From: an uncultured Spirochaetota bacterium
GTDB taxonomy: Bacteria; Spirochaetota; Spirochaetia; SZUA-6; Fen-1364
Assembly (NCBI GenBank): GCA_963845535.1
Contig: CAWJSK010000013.1
Coordinates: 224,001 to 288,000 of the forward strand
Length of the DNA stretch: 64,000 nucleotides
Direction of reading: 5' to 3'
Shown: positions 1 to 16,700 of the stretch, one piece after another
Position numbering within the stretch: position 1 is the stretch's first letter
Layout of the letters: the number at the start of each line of letters is the position of its first letter
Position numbers and translations under genes: made by a program
The notes under the pieces: generated by a model
Databases searched by the model: none
The model's input: the letters and a program-made list of their open reading frames with translations, nothing else
What the model was told of the DNA's origin: nothing

Positions 1-2
1 TC

Positions 3-572
3 CCCTTTGTCGGAGTGCTGGGCACCCAATTCGCCTCACCAGCAATCAGCCTGGGCGCCATTGCCGTGGAGTACGCGCTTTTCGGCTTTGCCCTTTTCCT
101 GAGCGCTTTCTACCTGTCCGCGCATGCGCGCCAGATGCAGCAGAGCCTTCCAACGCTCTGGAGGCCTGCGCTGATCACGGTGGCCATTTCCCTCGTCGTG
201 ATTCCTCTCCTCGCGGTGCTCTTCATCGCGTCCGTGGTGGGGGTCCTGCTCCTGCCGGCGCTCGTACTGGCCGTGCTCCTGCTGGCACTCGACGGGTTTC
301 TTGCGGTCTGCGTCCGGGTGGGAATCCAGATTCGCGCATCCGGCGCCCGGGGGGCGGATCCGTCCTTTTACCTGTTTACGTCGGGATTGCTTGCGCTTTT
401 CCTGCTGAATGTCCCCGCCCTAGTGGGAATCCTCCTGGGCTCCCTGCGTTTCGCCGCCGCGGCGCGGATTGGGACGCTGCTGCAGGCGTTGAGCCTGTGG
501 CTCACGGCCGCGGGGTTTGCGTACGGGTTTGGGGCATCGCTCTCACACGCCCGTTCACGAGTGGCCAGATAG
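3..572 (+). CDS. Multi-pass membrane protein, 5'-truncated by the window edge
   Basis: Frame is open from position 3; several hydrophobic segments; stop at 570-572. Confidence 0.7.
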   Translation, partial: PFVGVLGTQFASPAISLGAIAVEYALFGFALFLSAFYLSAHARQMQQSLPTLWRPALITVAISLVVIPLLAVLFIASVVGVLLLPALVLAVLLLALDGFLAVCVRVGIQIRASGARGADPSFYLFTSGLLALFLLNVPALVGILLGSLRFAAAARIGTLLQALSLWLTAAGFAYGFGASLSHARSRVAR

Positions 573-677
573 ATCAGTCACCATCCGGCGGCGCGCAAGG
601 GCCCGCGCGCGTCCGTCCGTCTGCAAACGGCCCGCGCGAGCCCGTCCAAGCGTTCCGCGCGCGTCCGTCCGTGCCTT

Positions 678-3464
<2,787 letters not shown>

Positions 3465-3515
3465 GGGCGCAATGTACCCCCCATGAGATTGACAGGTCAA
3501 GGGAAGGCAGCTACG

Positions 3516-4802
3516 ATGAGACCCCTGATGCCGCGCCGCCCCTTCATCGTTTCCGCCGCCGCCGCCGTCGTTGTGCTTTCCGCCCTGTCGCTCATCGGAT
3601 GTCAGAAAAGGGAGATCGAGGAGCTGGTGGGATCGGAGCTCTTCTCTCTTTCCCTGGGAAAGCTCGACAATCAGATCGACATGTTCGCCGCCGCGAGCGG
3701 GAACGTGGAGAAAAAAACCAGCTTTGCAATGCGGGACGGCTGGTTCTACGTGGCCAACGGCGCCTCCGGCAAAGTGATGGTCTTTTCCTCTTACGGAGAC
3801 CTCATCTCCCTCCTGTACAATGCGCAGACCAATCCCGCGCCCGCCTTCATGAACCAGCTGCCTGCGCCTCGGCAGGGCACGCTGCCGGGGCTGGGCCCCG
3901 CGGACGGCTCTTCGGATGACCAGGCAAGCACTCGCGCCGCGGTGAGCTATCCTTTCCTCGACATCGGGGAGATCGCCGTGGCAAGCGACAAGACGCTCTA
4001 CGTGGAGGACGGCGTCCCGGAAGCAAAGGTGGTGAAGGACAGCGCGCATGGCGTCCTGCTGACCAGGGTCGTGCTCCGTTTCGACCGCAAGGGAAAACCG
4101 GAAGGATATCTCGGGCAGGAAGGACTTGGGGGCACGCCTTTTCCCTACATCATGGCGCTGCACGTCACGGCAAAGGACCAGCTCGTCGTCGTGACCCGTC
4201 TTCCGCAGTCCTGGGAGGTCTTCTGGTATTCGCGTGAGGGAACGCTGCTGTACCAGGTGGAAATAGACGCAGCGCACCTTCCCGTTGCGGCGCAGAAAGG
4301 CGTGACTCCCTCCCTCGTCAACATCATCCCCGACATGCAGGGGCCGTTCCTCTATCTCATGGTCTACCTGTACCACGAGCCCGCGGATGACGCGTCCCGC
4401 GGCTCCTTCCCGGACAGCTCTGTCGTCTCCCGGGTTTACCGGCTGAACCTCAGGAACCAGCAATATGATTCTTTCATCGAGCTCCCGCAGAACCCGCCCC
4501 GCAAGGAGACCTCGGGCCTCAAGACAACGGAGATCCCGTCCCCTCCGAGTGACCTGCTCGGGGTGAGCGCAAACGGCTACTATTACCTGCTGGGCTTCAC
4601 TGATTCCAACCTGTATTCGCTGCAGATCCTCGACCAGGCCGGAAGGGTCAGGGCCCGGCGCTACATGGTGATAGAGGATTCGGAGCTCACGTTCCGTGAC
4701 CTTCGGCTTTCGCCGACAGGGCTCGTGTACGGCCTCCTCGTCGACCAGACCAAGGCCCACGTGATCTGGTGGAGGTCGGACCTCCTCCTGAAAGGGGATT
4801 GA
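3516..4802 (+). CDS. Lipoprotein, probable beta-propeller (resembles the spirochaete conserved lipoprotein found next to secA)
   Basis: Signal peptide with lipobox LSLIGC; divergent from secA; start 3516 or 3528. Confidence 0.75.
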   Translation: MRPLMPRRPFIVSAAAAVVVLSALSLIGCQKREIEELVGSELFSLSLGKLDNQIDMFAAASGNVEKKTSFAMRDGWFYVANGASGKVMVFSSYGDLISLLYNAQTNPAPAFMNQLPAPRQGTLPGLGPADGSSDDQASTRAAVSYPFLDIGEIAVASDKTLYVEDGVPEAKVVKDSAHGVLLTRVVLRFDRKGKPEGYLGQEGLGGTPFPYIMALHVTAKDQLVVVTRLPQSWEVFWYSREGTLLYQVEIDAAHLPVAAQKGVTPSLVNIIPDMQGPFLYLMVYLYHEPADDASRGSFPDSSVVSRVYRLNLRNQQYDSFIELPQNPPRKETSGLKTTEIPSPPSDLLGVSANGYYYLLGFTDSNLYSLQILDQAGRVRARRYMVIEDSELTFRDLRLSPTGLVYGLLVDQTKAHVIWWRSDLLLKGD

Positions 4803-4804
4803 GA

Positions 4805-6316
4805 ATGAAAGTCGTGAGCTCGGAGGCCATGGCGACCATCGATGGACGGGCCCAGGACGAGTTCGCGATTCCCTCCGCGCTCCTGATGGAAGACGCGGGC
4901 GTGTGCGCCTGGTCGTTGTTCGTGGACCGCGCGGGCGCGGGCAGACTCCCGCGCGGGCGCCTCGTGTTCGTGGCCGGCAAAGGCAACAACGGCGGTGATG
5001 CCCTGGTCATGGCCCGTCGCGCGCTCTGCCAGGGCGCCCGCGGCCTGACGGTCGTGCTCGCGGACGGGAGGCCTCAAGCGGGGGGCGTCCCGTCCCAGAT
5101 GCTGGCGGCGGCAGAGGCGTACGGAATCGAGTGTCGTACGTGGCAGTCAGAGCGGGAGCAGGTGCTGGCCCGCCTGCGGGAGTCCTCCTGGATCTTTGAC
5201 GGCGTTTCCGGCACGGGGCTTCGCGGCGCTCTTCGGGCTCCGCTCTCCGACCTGGTGGACGCCATCAACAGCTCACCGGCGCGCAAAGCCGCGCTCGATG
5301 TCCCCAGCGGCGTCTCGGATTCCTATGACCCCGCCTGGCCGGCCGTGCGCGCTGACCTCACCCTGACCATGGGCCTCCCGAAGACGTGCCTCTATCTGCC
5401 TCACGTCCGCGCCTTGTGCGGGAAGATCATGGTGGTCCCCGTCGGGTTTCCGCCCGGACTTCTGGAAGACGCCGCCATCCCGGGGGAGATGCTTCCGTTC
5501 AACGCGTGGCGCGCGCTGCGCAAGCCCATTGCCCCTGATGCGCACAAGGGTCAACGCGGGCACCTTGCCGTGTTCGCCGGCTCGCCGGGAACAACGGGGG
5601 CCGCGTGGCTTTCGGCCACCGCGGCGGCCCGAAGCAGGCTCGGCCTGGTGAGCTTGTTCGCCGGCCGCGACGTTTATCCCATTCTTGCCCAGAAGGCCAC
5701 CTCCGTGATGGTCAGGCCGTGGGATGAACCGCGGGCGCCGGAGTGGCGCGGTCCGGACGTCGAAGGTTATTCCGGCGTGCTCCTCGGGCCCGGATGGGGT
5801 CTTGCGGAGGAGCGTGAGAAATGGCTGGAGCATGTCCTTTCACGTCCGGTCTCCGGCGTGATAGACGCGGACGGGATCACGCTCCTTTCGCGGATCACGG
5901 CGCGTTCGCCTCTTCGCCTTGGAGGGCGGTGGATCATCACGCCGCATCCGGGCGAGTTTGCGAGGGTGAGCGGGGTTTCCCGCGATGAAACGCTTCGGGA
6001 CCCCGTCCGGCACGCGTGCGGGCTTTCTTCACGGCTGGAGGTGTTCGTGGTCTTGAAAGGCCCGTGCACCGTCATTGCGGCGCCGTCGGGCAAATACTGG
6101 ATCATCGACGGCCCCAACCCTGCCCTTGCCACGGGCGGGACGGGGGACGTGCTGGCGGGGCTCATTGCCGCCGGCGCGGCGGGCGGCATGAGCCCTCTGG
6201 AAGCCGCGCTTTTCGGCGTGTCGCTGCATGCCACACTGGGCCGCGAAGCCTGGCGGAGGAAAGGCTGGTTTCTGGCGGAGGACCTCGTGCCGCTCATCTC
6301 CGGGTTGCTGCGCTGA
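4805..6316 (+). CDS. nnr: Bifunctional NAD(P)H-hydrate epimerase/dehydratase
   Basis: YjeF-N motifs GKGNNGGD and LDVPSG; dehydratase motifs [26 protein letters not shown]. Confidence 0.95.
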   Translation: MKVVSSEAMATIDGRAQDEFAIPSALLMEDAGVCAWSLFVDRAGAGRLPRGRLVFVAGKGNNGGDALVMARRALCQGARGLTVVLADGRPQAGGVPSQMLAAAEAYGIECRTWQSEREQVLARLRESSWIFDGVSGTGLRGALRAPLSDLVDAINSSPARKAALDVPSGVSDSYDPAWPAVRADLTLTMGLPKTCLYLPHVRALCGKIMVVPVGFPPGLLEDAAIPGEMLPFNAWRALRKPIAPDAHKGQRGHLAVFAGSPGTTGAAWLSATAAARSRLGLVSLFAGRDVYPILAQKATSVMVRPWDEPRAPEWRGPDVEGYSGVLLGPGWGLAEEREKWLEHVLSRPVSGVIDADGITLLSRITARSPLRLGGRWIITPHPGEFARVSGVSRDETLRDPVRHACGLSSRLEVFVVLKGPCTVIAAPSGKYWIIDGPNPALATGGTGDVLAGLIAAGAAGGMSPLEAALFGVSLHATLGREAWRRKGWFLAEDLVPLISGLLR

Positions 6317-6323
6317 GGCCTTC

Positions 6324-6881
6324 ATGAAGCACCCCGTTCTGAGGGTGAAAAAGGGAAAAGAAACCTACGACGACCGTCCCCCGCGCGGCCCCGTTGCGCC
6401 CAGACGGGCTGGGCAGGAGAGGGATGACACGGAGCGTTCCGCGGAACGGCCGGGCCGACGCGGTTTTCTTTTCCGGATGCGCCGCGGTTCCCTGGTGCCC
6501 CTTCTCATCCTCGTCGTGATTGCCGCCGTTCTCCTCCGCGTCATCCCGCGGTCCGCGGCGCGGGCCAATTTCGAGGGATGGCACGCGGACCTCCAGGCCA
6601 GGGTGTTCGCGGATGCGCTGGAGGTCGGAGTGGCGTTCACCCGGCTGGGCGGCGCTCGGGGTAATGCGAACGACATCCCTGTGACGGTCTTCGTTCGCTT
6701 CGTTCTGCCGGATACGGGCGAGCAGGCGGAGGCGTTTGGAGATCTCTCGGGTCCGCGCATGGCGTTGCGGGCTCGGATGCGGTATGTCACTTCGGAAAAA
6801 ACGCTCAGGGCAATCGTGAACATCAATGGAGAGTCTCGAACCCTTTCTCTTCCCTTGAACGGCGCCGTCACGGGCCCATGA
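6324..6881 (+). CDS. Hypothetical single-pass membrane protein
   Basis: ATG 7 nt after the nnr stop; one TM segment (LVPLLILVVIAAVLL). Confidence 0.7.
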   Translation: MKHPVLRVKKGKETYDDRPPRGPVAPRRAGQERDDTERSAERPGRRGFLFRMRRGSLVPLLILVVIAAVLLRVIPRSAARANFEGWHADLQARVFADALEVGVAFTRLGGARGNANDIPVTVFVRFVLPDTGEQAEAFGDLSGPRMALRARMRYVTSEKTLRAIVNINGESRTLSLPLNGAVTGP

Positions 6882-7047
6882 CGAGTTGGCCCGGCAAACT
6901 GTCCGACAAACGAAGGAGTCCGCCCCCCCAACAGTCCACCGCTCAGTTCCGCCAAACAACCGGCGGCGCGTTGACACCCGCGGCGCGGTCCTTGACGGAT
7001 GGTTGCGACGCTCCCTATGATTGTGCACAGCGTCAGGGGAGGGGAAA

Positions 7048-7455
7048 ATGCTGCAATTCTATTTTCTTTCGATTGTGTGCAATCTGCTGGCGGGCGTGTC
7101 GCTGGCGGGAGAATGGATTGCGCAAAAGGTCCCGAAGTTCCTCCCCGTCGCGAGCGCCCTGTCCGCGCGCACGGCAAAGCTCATTTCGGGGATTTCATCC
7201 TTGCTGGTCGGGTTCGGCACGCTCTTTGTCCCGGTGGAGGGACCGATCATCCTGGGGGACCTGTTCCCGTCAGTGATGGGCATGGCAATGGGGATTGCTC
7301 TCTTGTTCGAGGTGTTCCGTCAGGACGCCGTGCTGCCCGTGGAGCGTTCGGAGAAATCCGAACGGCCCGCCGTGGGGTACAGGACGACTCTGGGTATGCT
7401 GGGCATTGCCGCCGCCATCCTGCACTTCTTCCTGCCCGAGAGGCCGTTTCTCTAA
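7048..7455 (+). CDS. Hypothetical 4-TM membrane protein
   Basis: GGAGG RBS before ATG 7048; four hydrophobic segments. Confidence 0.75.
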   Translation: MLQFYFLSIVCNLLAGVSLAGEWIAQKVPKFLPVASALSARTAKLISGISSLLVGFGTLFVPVEGPIILGDLFPSVMGMAMGIALLFEVFRQDAVLPVERSEKSERPAVGYRTTLGMLGIAAAILHFFLPERPFL

Positions 7456-7542
7456 AGCCATGGATGGCGAAACGCGGCGAAGCCATGGATGGCGGAAGCC
7501 GCGTGGCGCGGCCTCCGCGCGGAGTACCGCGATAGGGCCGCG

Positions 7543-9609
7543 CTAGTCCTTCTTCTCTTCCGCCTTTGCCGCCTGCGCAGCTTTGATCACGTCGTCAGCG
7601 ATCTTTCCCGATATGGGGCTGTAGTGATCGAACTCCAGCTCGAATGATCCCGTTCCCGCCGTGAGCGCCTTCAGGTCGATGGCGTAATGCATCAGCTCGG
7701 CCTGCGGCACCTGCGCCTTGATCTCCTCGATGCCGCCGCCGACGGGAACCTGGCCGAGCACTTTGCCCCTCTTCGAGCTCAGGTCCGAAAGCACCGCTCC
7801 GAGATACTGGTCATCCACATAGACGGTGAGGTTGCACACGGGCTCCAGGAGCACCGGTTTGGCGTTTCGCATGCATTCACGGAATGCTTCCCGGGCGGCA
7901 AGCTTGAAGGCAAGCTCCGATGAGTCCACGGGGTGCTCCTTGCCGTCCACCACGCGCGCTTCGACATCGACAACGGGATAACCGGCAAGGACCCCGGCTT
8001 CCATGGCTTCGATGACGCCCTTTTCGACTCCCGGAATGTAGCCTCGGGAAATGGAGCCGCCGAATATCGCGTTCGTGAACTTGTATCTCTCTCCGCGCGG
8101 GATGGGATTGACCTCCAGGGAGACCTTTGCGTATTGCCCGTGGCCGCCCGTCTGCTTCTTGTGCGTGTGCTCGGCCTCCGCCTTCCCCTGGATGGTCTCC
8201 CGGTAAGCGACCCGCGGGACCTTGGTCTCCATGTCTATCTTCTGGTTTTCCCTGATCTTATCAAGGATGATGGAAATGTGAAGCTCTCCCATTCCCGAGA
8301 TGACGGTCTCTTTGGTCTCTTTGTCATACGTGACGCGGAACGTATGGTCTTCTTCCATGATCTTCTGCATGGCCTGGTTCATCTTGTCCTCGTCCTTCTT
8401 TGCCTTTGCGGAGATGGCAAGGGAGTGGACGGGAGTGGGCAGCTCCAATGGCGGATAAACGATGGGAGCATCAGAGGCGTGCAGCGTGTCATTGGTCCGA
8501 AGCGAAGCGCTCTTGGTGAAAAGGCCGATATCACCGGCGGACAGGTCCGTGGCATCTTCGATTTTCTTGCCCTGACACGTGTCGACCTTCGTGATCTTCT
8601 CTTTTTTCCCTTCCCGGGCGCTCATGAGGTCCGAATCCGCGGAGATTTTTCCCGACATGACCTTGAAATAGGATATCTTGCCGGTGAACTGGTCCATGGC
8701 AGTCTTATAGATGAAGCAGGATGCCGGCTCGGAATCTGACACGGCGCGGGACGCCTCAGCGCCGTCAGGAGACTTGCCTTTTGACGTTCCCTCCGGAGAC
8801 GGCGCTGCATACGCAATGAAGTCCAGCAGGCTCGTGACTCCCGCCGCAACAAGTGCCGCGGTGCAAACCACCGGGACGACCTTCCCGGCTTTCATCCCGC
8901 CGGCAAGACCGCGGCGGATTTCATCAGGGGTGAGCGTGCCGTCCGTAAAGAACTTCTCAATGAGCTTGTCATCCCCTTCAGCGGCGCTCTCCACGAGCTT
9001 CTCCCGGGCGGTTTCCACCTCTTTCTTCATTGCGTCCGGGACCGCGGCTTCCTTGCCGGCCACGTAGGCTTTCTGGTCAACCAGGTCGATGACGCCTTTG
9101 AAATCCGCTCCGGCGCCTATGGGAATGATCACGGGGACGAAGTTCACTTTGAATTTATCCGAAAGATCGGTCAGGCAACGGGAAAAATCGGCGCGCTCCT
9201 TCTCCATCTTGTTCACCACGACGAAACGCGGCATGGACAGGGCGGTGAGCCGCCTCCACAGCTTGATGGTCTCGATCTGAACGGCCACGTCCGCTCCGAC
9301 CAGGAGGGCCGCGCTTTCCGCCACGCGCAGAGCTGCGCAGACCTCACCGACGAAGTCCGCGGATCCCGGCGTGTCGAGGATGTTGATCTTGCAGTCTTTC
9401 CACGTGATGTGGGTCATGGAGAGGTGGATGGAGATCTTTCGGGCAATCTCCTCCTCGTTGAAATCGCTCACCGTCTTTCCGGTCTCGACTCTCTCCGCCT
9501 TGGGGATCACGCCACCGGCGACAAGAAGCTCTTCCACCAGGGTGGTTTTGCCTGTGCTGCCGTGGCCGGTGAAGGCGACATTTCGCAGTGAGCGCGTGGG
9601 AACACTCAT
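7543..9609 (-). CDS. fusA: Elongation factor G-like protein with divergent G domain (EF-G2 / group II type)
   Basis: GHGSTGKTT, RKISI, DTPGSADF, NKME; MGELH, PRVAYRETI, KKQTGGHGQYA, HPVDSSELAF. Confidence 0.9.
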   Translation of the reverse strand: MSVPTRSLRNVAFTGHGSTGKTTLVEELLVAGGVIPKAERVETGKTVSDFNEEEIARKISIHLSMTHITWKDCKINILDTPGSADFVGEVCAALRVAESAALLVGADVAVQIETIKLWRRLTALSMPRFVVVNKMEKERADFSRCLTDLSDKFKVNFVPVIIPIGAGADFKGVIDLVDQKAYVAGKEAAVPDAMKKEVETAREKLVESAAEGDDKLIEKFFTDGTLTPDEIRRGLAGGMKAGKVVPVVCTAALVAAGVTSLLDFIAYAAPSPEGTSKGKSPDGAEASRAVSDSEPASCFIYKTAMDQFTGKISYFKVMSGKISADSDLMSAREGKKEKITKVDTCQGKKIEDATDLSAGDIGLFTKSASLRTNDTLHASDAPIVYPPLELPTPVHSLAISAKAKKDEDKMNQAMQKIMEEDHTFRVTYDKETKETVISGMGELHISIILDKIRENQKIDMETKVPRVAYRETIQGKAEAEHTHKKQTGGHGQYAKVSLEVNPIPRGERYKFTNAIFGGSISRGYIPGVEKGVIEAMEAGVLAGYPVVDVEARVVDGKEHPVDSSELAFKLAAREAFRECMRNAKPVLLEPVCNLTVYVDDQYLGAVLSDLSSKRGKVLGQVPVGGGIEEIKAQVPQAELMHYAIDLKALTAGTGSFELEFDHYSPISGKIADDVIKAAQAAKAEEKKD

Positions 9610-9702
9610 TCTGTGACTCCTTGCTGTGAGAGGGTTGGTAACTGTAATCCGTCACCGGGCTTTTGTCAAATCGCAAAAACGCCGCAAAAACGCCGGGTCA
9701 GG

Positions 9703-11748
<2,046 letters not shown>

Positions 11749-11825
11749 TGAGGTCTCCGGGAGATTTCCGTGCGAAAAACTTGCATCACTATATGAAATC
11801 CGCCGTCATGTGAAAAGGCCGCCGT

Positions 11826-13583
11826 TCACATGGCCGAGAGGAACGGGATTCCCAGCAGGGAAAGTCCGTTTCGCAGCACCTGCAAGACGGCCCTGACCAG
11901 CGCGATGCGGGAAACCACGAGATTGGAGTCCTCATTGCGGAGCACGGGGTGGTCCTGGTAGTAGCGGCTGAAGCTCTTGCACAGCTCGAACAGGTATGCT
12001 GCCAGGATGGAAGGGTTCAGCTCGTTGGCCGCGGCGCCGACGATTTCCGGGAACAGCGCCAGGCTCTTGGCAATCTCCCACTCCTCGGGGAGTGAGAGAG
12101 CCGCCGAAGAGTAGGAACCGCCCCGGAACTTTTCCCGGCGCTCTTCGAACTTTCGCAGCATGCTGGAGATTCGCGCTCCCGTGTACTGGAGGTAGGGGCC
12201 GGTGTCCCCGTTGAAAGAGATCGACTCCTTGGGATCGAAGGTCATGTCCTTTCCCGCGGTGACCTGGAGCAGCCAGTAGTGCAGCGCGCCCAGGGCAACG
12301 TCCCGCGCGGTGCCGGACAGGTCCGCCACGTCATCTTCCCTTTCCTTTGCGCGGATTTCCTCCGCGGCAAGGCGCTCCAGCTCGTCCAGCAGGTCATCCG
12401 CATCCACCACCGTGCCCTCGCGGGACTTCATCTTGCCCTCCGGCAGGTTCACCATACCGTATGCCAGGTGATGGAGGTTGGAAGCCCAGGGATGGCCCAG
12501 ACGGGCCAGGACCTTGAAGAGGACCTGGAAATGATGGCGTTGCTCGGAGCCCACCACGTAGATCATCCTGTCGAATTGCCAGTCCTTTGAGCGCTGGATG
12601 GCGGTCCCGATGTCCTGCGTCAGGTAGATCGATGTGCCGTCGCTTCGAAGCAGGACCTCACGCTCCATGCCGTCATCCGTCAGGTCCACCCACACCGAGC
12701 CGTCAGGATCCTTCTGAAAGATCCCCTTCCCCAGGCCCGCCAGCACTTCCTGCCGCCCGAGCTGATATACGTCGCTTTCGAAGTACACCTGGTCGAATGA
12801 GATTCCGGTGCGCTTGTAAGTCTGCTCGATTCCGGACATGACCCATGAGTTCATTTTCTTCCAGAGGGCTACTGTATCAGGGTCCCCGTCCTCCCACCTT
12901 CGCAGCATCTCGCGGACCTGCTCCTCGGCCTCTGGGTGGTCCTTGGCGTGCTGGGCGTATTTGACGTAGAAGTCTCCGACGAAATGGTCTCCCTTCATCC
13001 CCGCGGATTGCGGGGTTGTCGAGCCGCCGAACATCTGGTAGGCAAGCATTGACTTGCAGATGTGCACGCCTCTGTCGTTGATCAGGTTGACCTTGCGCAG
13101 CGTGGCGCCCGCGGCCAGGAGGATGCGGGAGAGGCTTTCACCGATTGCGTCGTTCCTCAGGTGCCCGAGGTGCAGCGGCTTGTTCGTGTTGGGGCATGAG
13201 AACTCCAGCGTGATCCGCTGGTTGGTGAGCGTCTGCCCCTTCCCGAAAAGCTCGGCTTGCTCGGAGACATCATGGAGGATGTCCTGGATGACGGGCCCGG
13301 GGGCAAGGCGCACGTTCACATAGGGGCCCGCGGCCTCGACGCGGTCCGCCTCCTTCGAGCCGGTCGTGACGTGCTTCACCACCTCCCGCGCAATGACAGG
13401 CGGCGCCTTTCGGAATGCCCGGGCAAAAGGGAACATGGGGAAAGCGATGTCGCCCATGTCCGGCCGGGGAGGCGTCTCCGTCACGAGGGCCGAAGTGTCG
13501 AGTCCGGAAATCCCTGCGTCTGCCGCGGCCCCCGCAAGGGCTTCGGCAATGCGGGCGCGCCATGTGTCTCGGTATTTTCGCAT
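11826..13583 (-). CDS. argS: Arginine--tRNA ligase
   Basis: SCPNTNKPLHLGHLRN (HIGH), GKMKSREG, GDTGPYLQY, DALR-type C-terminus; start at ATG 13583. Confidence 0.96.
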   Translation of the reverse strand: MRKYRDTWRARIAEALAGAAADAGISGLDTSALVTETPPRPDMGDIAFPMFPFARAFRKAPPVIAREVVKHVTTGSKEADRVEAAGPYVNVRLAPGPVIQDILHDVSEQAELFGKGQTLTNQRITLEFSCPNTNKPLHLGHLRNDAIGESLSRILLAAGATLRKVNLINDRGVHICKSMLAYQMFGGSTTPQSAGMKGDHFVGDFYVKYAQHAKDHPEAEEQVREMLRRWEDGDPDTVALWKKMNSWVMSGIEQTYKRTGISFDQVYFESDVYQLGRQEVLAGLGKGIFQKDPDGSVWVDLTDDGMEREVLLRSDGTSIYLTQDIGTAIQRSKDWQFDRMIYVVGSEQRHHFQVLFKVLARLGHPWASNLHHLAYGMVNLPEGKMKSREGTVVDADDLLDELERLAAEEIRAKEREDDVADLSGTARDVALGALHYWLLQVTAGKDMTFDPKESISFNGDTGPYLQYTGARISSMLRKFEERREKFRGGSYSSAALSLPEEWEIAKSLALFPEIVGAAANELNPSILAAYLFELCKSFSRYYQDHPVLRNEDSNLVVSRIALVRAVLQVLRNGLSLLGIPFLSAM

Positions 13584-13702
13584 ATCGTGTTGGGTATAAT
13601 GCAGAGAAACTGGCGCAAGTGCAATTCCATGCTTGCCGGAACGTACCGTTCTTGACTCGCACTGGCTTTTTTCCGTATATAGTCGCAGGAGGACCTGTCT
13701 CT

Positions 13703-16700
13703 TTGTACAAACCCGTTGACCCAAAAGTGAGCTTTCCGCAGGTGGAGGAGGGGATACTCTCCTTCTGGCAGAAGAAAAAGATTTTCGAGAAATCCATCAC
13801 CCAGCGCGAAGGCGGAGAGGAGTTCGTCTTCTATGACGGCCCTCCGTTCGCTACCGGGCTTCCCCATTTCGGGCATTTCGTTCCCAGCACGGTGAAAGAC
13901 GTCATTCCTCGCTACCAGGCCATGAAAGGGCGCAAGGTGGAGCGCCGGTTCGGTTGGGACTGCCACGGTCTCCCCGTCGAGTTCGAGATGGAGAAGGAGC
14001 TCGGCATCTCGGGGAAGAGGCAGATCGAAGAATACGGGGTTGCAAAGTTCAATGAGGCGTGCCGCTCAATCGTCCTCAGATACACGAAGGAATGGCGTAA
14101 GGTCATCACGCGCCTGGGCAGGTGGGTGGACTTTGACAACGATTACAAGACCATGGACCTCGACTACATGGAGTCGATCTGGTGGGTCCTGTCCCAGCTA
14201 TGGAAGAAAGGGCTCATGTACGAGGGATACTATATCCTCCCGTACTGCCCGCGCTGCTCCACCGCGCTCTCCAACATGGAGCTGAACCTCGGCGGCTACG
14301 TCGACGTGGCGGACCCCGCCATCACGGTAAAGTTCGCCGTGGACGGGGAGCCGAACACCTACATCCTCGCCTGGACCACCACCCCCTGGACGCTGCCCTC
14401 CAACCTGGGACTCGCCCTCGGGGCGGACATCGACTATGTGAAGGTGAAGGATGGCGCCGAGTTCTACATCCTCGCCGACCAGAGGCTGTCCGCATACTAC
14501 AAGAGCCCGGAGCAGTACGAGATCGTGGCGCGCTACAAGGGTTCCGGCCTGGCCGGCAAGTCCTACCAGCCGCTTTTCCCTTTTTTCGCTTCTGCAAAGG
14601 CGAAGGGCGCGTTCAAGACGTGGCTCGGGGACTTCGTCACTACGGAGGAAGGCACGGGCATCGTCCATATCGCCCCGGGGTTCGGCGAAGATGACTACAA
14701 CCTGCTGAAAAACACGGGCGTTCCCATCGTCTGCCCAGTGGACGCAGAGGCCAGGTTCACCTCCGAAGTCGCTGATTGGCAGGGGACGTTCGTCAAGGAC
14801 GCCGACAAGCCCATCATCAAGAGGCTGAAGGAGCTCAGACTCCTCGTCAAGCAGGAGCAGTACACGCACGCGTATCCCCACTGCTGGCGCTGCAACAGCC
14901 CGCTCATATACCGGGCCGTCTCGGAATGGTTCGTGAGCGTGGAGAAGATCAAGAAGGACATGCTCGCGGCCAATGACAAGATCTTCTGGGTCCCTTCACA
15001 TCTCAAGGCCGGCAGGTTCGGAAAGTGGCTGGAAGGCGCGCGGGACTGGGCCATCTCGCGCAGCCGGTACTGGGGCAATCCCATCCCGGTGTGGCGCTGT
15101 GAGGGCTGCAAGAAGGAGGAGTGCGTCAGCTCCCGGGCAGAGCTTGAGAAAAAGTCCGGCGCGAAAGTGACGGACCTCCACAAGCACTTCATCGACGACC
15201 TGACGTGGACGTGCTCCTGCGGGGGGACCATGCACCGCATCCCTGATGTGCTCGACTGCTGGTTCGAGTCTGGCTCCATGCCCTACGGCCAGAACCACTA
15301 TCCGTTCGAGAACAGGGAACGCTTTGACGCGCACTTCCCCGCGGATTTCATTTCCGAGTCCATCGACCAGACCCGGGGATGGTTCTACTCCCTCGTGGTC
15401 CTGGGCGCGGCGCTCTTCGACAAGCCGACGTTCCGCAATGTCATTGTCAGCGGGCTGATCCTTGACTCCGAGGGCAAGAAGATGTCCAAGTCGGCACGGA
15501 ACTACACGGATCCCGTGGAGGTCATCAACACCTACGGCGCGGACGCCATGCGGCTTTTCCTGGTGGATTCCGCGGTCCTGAAGGGGGAGGACCTGCGCTT
15601 CTCCGAGGCCGGGGTCAAGGACGTCGTCAAGAGCGTGATCATTCCCCTGTGGAACGCATACAGCTTCTTCGTAACGTACGCGAACATCGACGCCGTCACC
15701 GTCAAAGGCGCGCCGGGGAAGCTGGACAATCCGCTTGACCGCTGGATCATCTCGGAGTCGGAGAGGATGGTCGGTGAGATCACCACGCAGCTTGACCAGT
15801 ACGAATTGCAGAGAGCGGTGGATTCTTTCGTTTCCTTTCTCTCCCTTCTCAACAACTGGTACATCAGGCGCTCGCGCCGGCGCTTCTGGAAGCCCGGGAC
15901 CGACTCGGACAAGCAGCAGGCATATGAGACCCTGCACGCGGCGCTCATGAAGCTCATCCTGGTGGCAAGCCCGTTCATTCCTTTCATCACGGAGGAGATC
16001 TACTGCAACCTGAGGTCTCCCTCCCAGCCTGAGTCCATCCACCTTGCGGACTTCCCCGTGTATGACGAGTCCCGGCGGGACCTCGATCTGGAAAGACAAA
16101 TGAAGGTGACGGTCCGAGCGGTGTCCATGGGGAGGAGCCTGAGAACGGAATACGGGCTGAAGATCAGGCAGCCTCTCTCGGCGCTGCACGTGGTGACCCG
16201 GGACGCGGAGGAGAAACGGATCCTCAGTGAGATGGAAGACCTCATCAAGGAGGAGCTGAACGTGAAAAGCGTCCTCTTCCGGGAGAATGAGGACGAGCTG
16301 GTCGAATACCGCGCAAAGGCGAACTTCCGGGTCCTGGGCAAGCAACTGGGCAAGGACATGAAAGCCGCGGCGGAAAAGATCAGCAGCCTCGGGCTGCAGC
16401 AGATCCATGAGCTGCTGGCGGGCCGGCCCGTGAACGTCGAGGTGGATGGTCGAACGTTTCCCGTCACCTCTGAGGGAGTCGAGGTCCAGAGGATAGAGAA
16501 GGCGAACCTCCGCGTCATCAATGACGGTTCCCTGACAATTGCGCTCGACCCCGAGCTGACTCCGGAGCTTATCCAGGAAGGGATGGTGCGGGATCTCGTG
16601 CGGGGGATCCAGAACCTGAGAAAGGAAAAGGGCCTGGAGGTCTCAGACCGCATCGTGCTTGCCATCTCAGGGTCCGGCGCGCTCCGCGCCGCCGCGGAGA

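Noticed and set aside
3465..4760. 432-aa N-terminal extension of the SecA ORF, and the reciprocal extension 2115-3515 of the lipoprotein ORF
   Set aside because: Each is the antisense shadow of the divergent neighbour; family motifs start at 3464 and 3516
7456..7500. Short tandem repeat AGCCATGGATGGCG x2, and similar pairs at 19177-19208 and 24455-24479
   Set aside because: Only two short copies each with no spacer array or cas genes; likely slippage duplications in intergenic DNA
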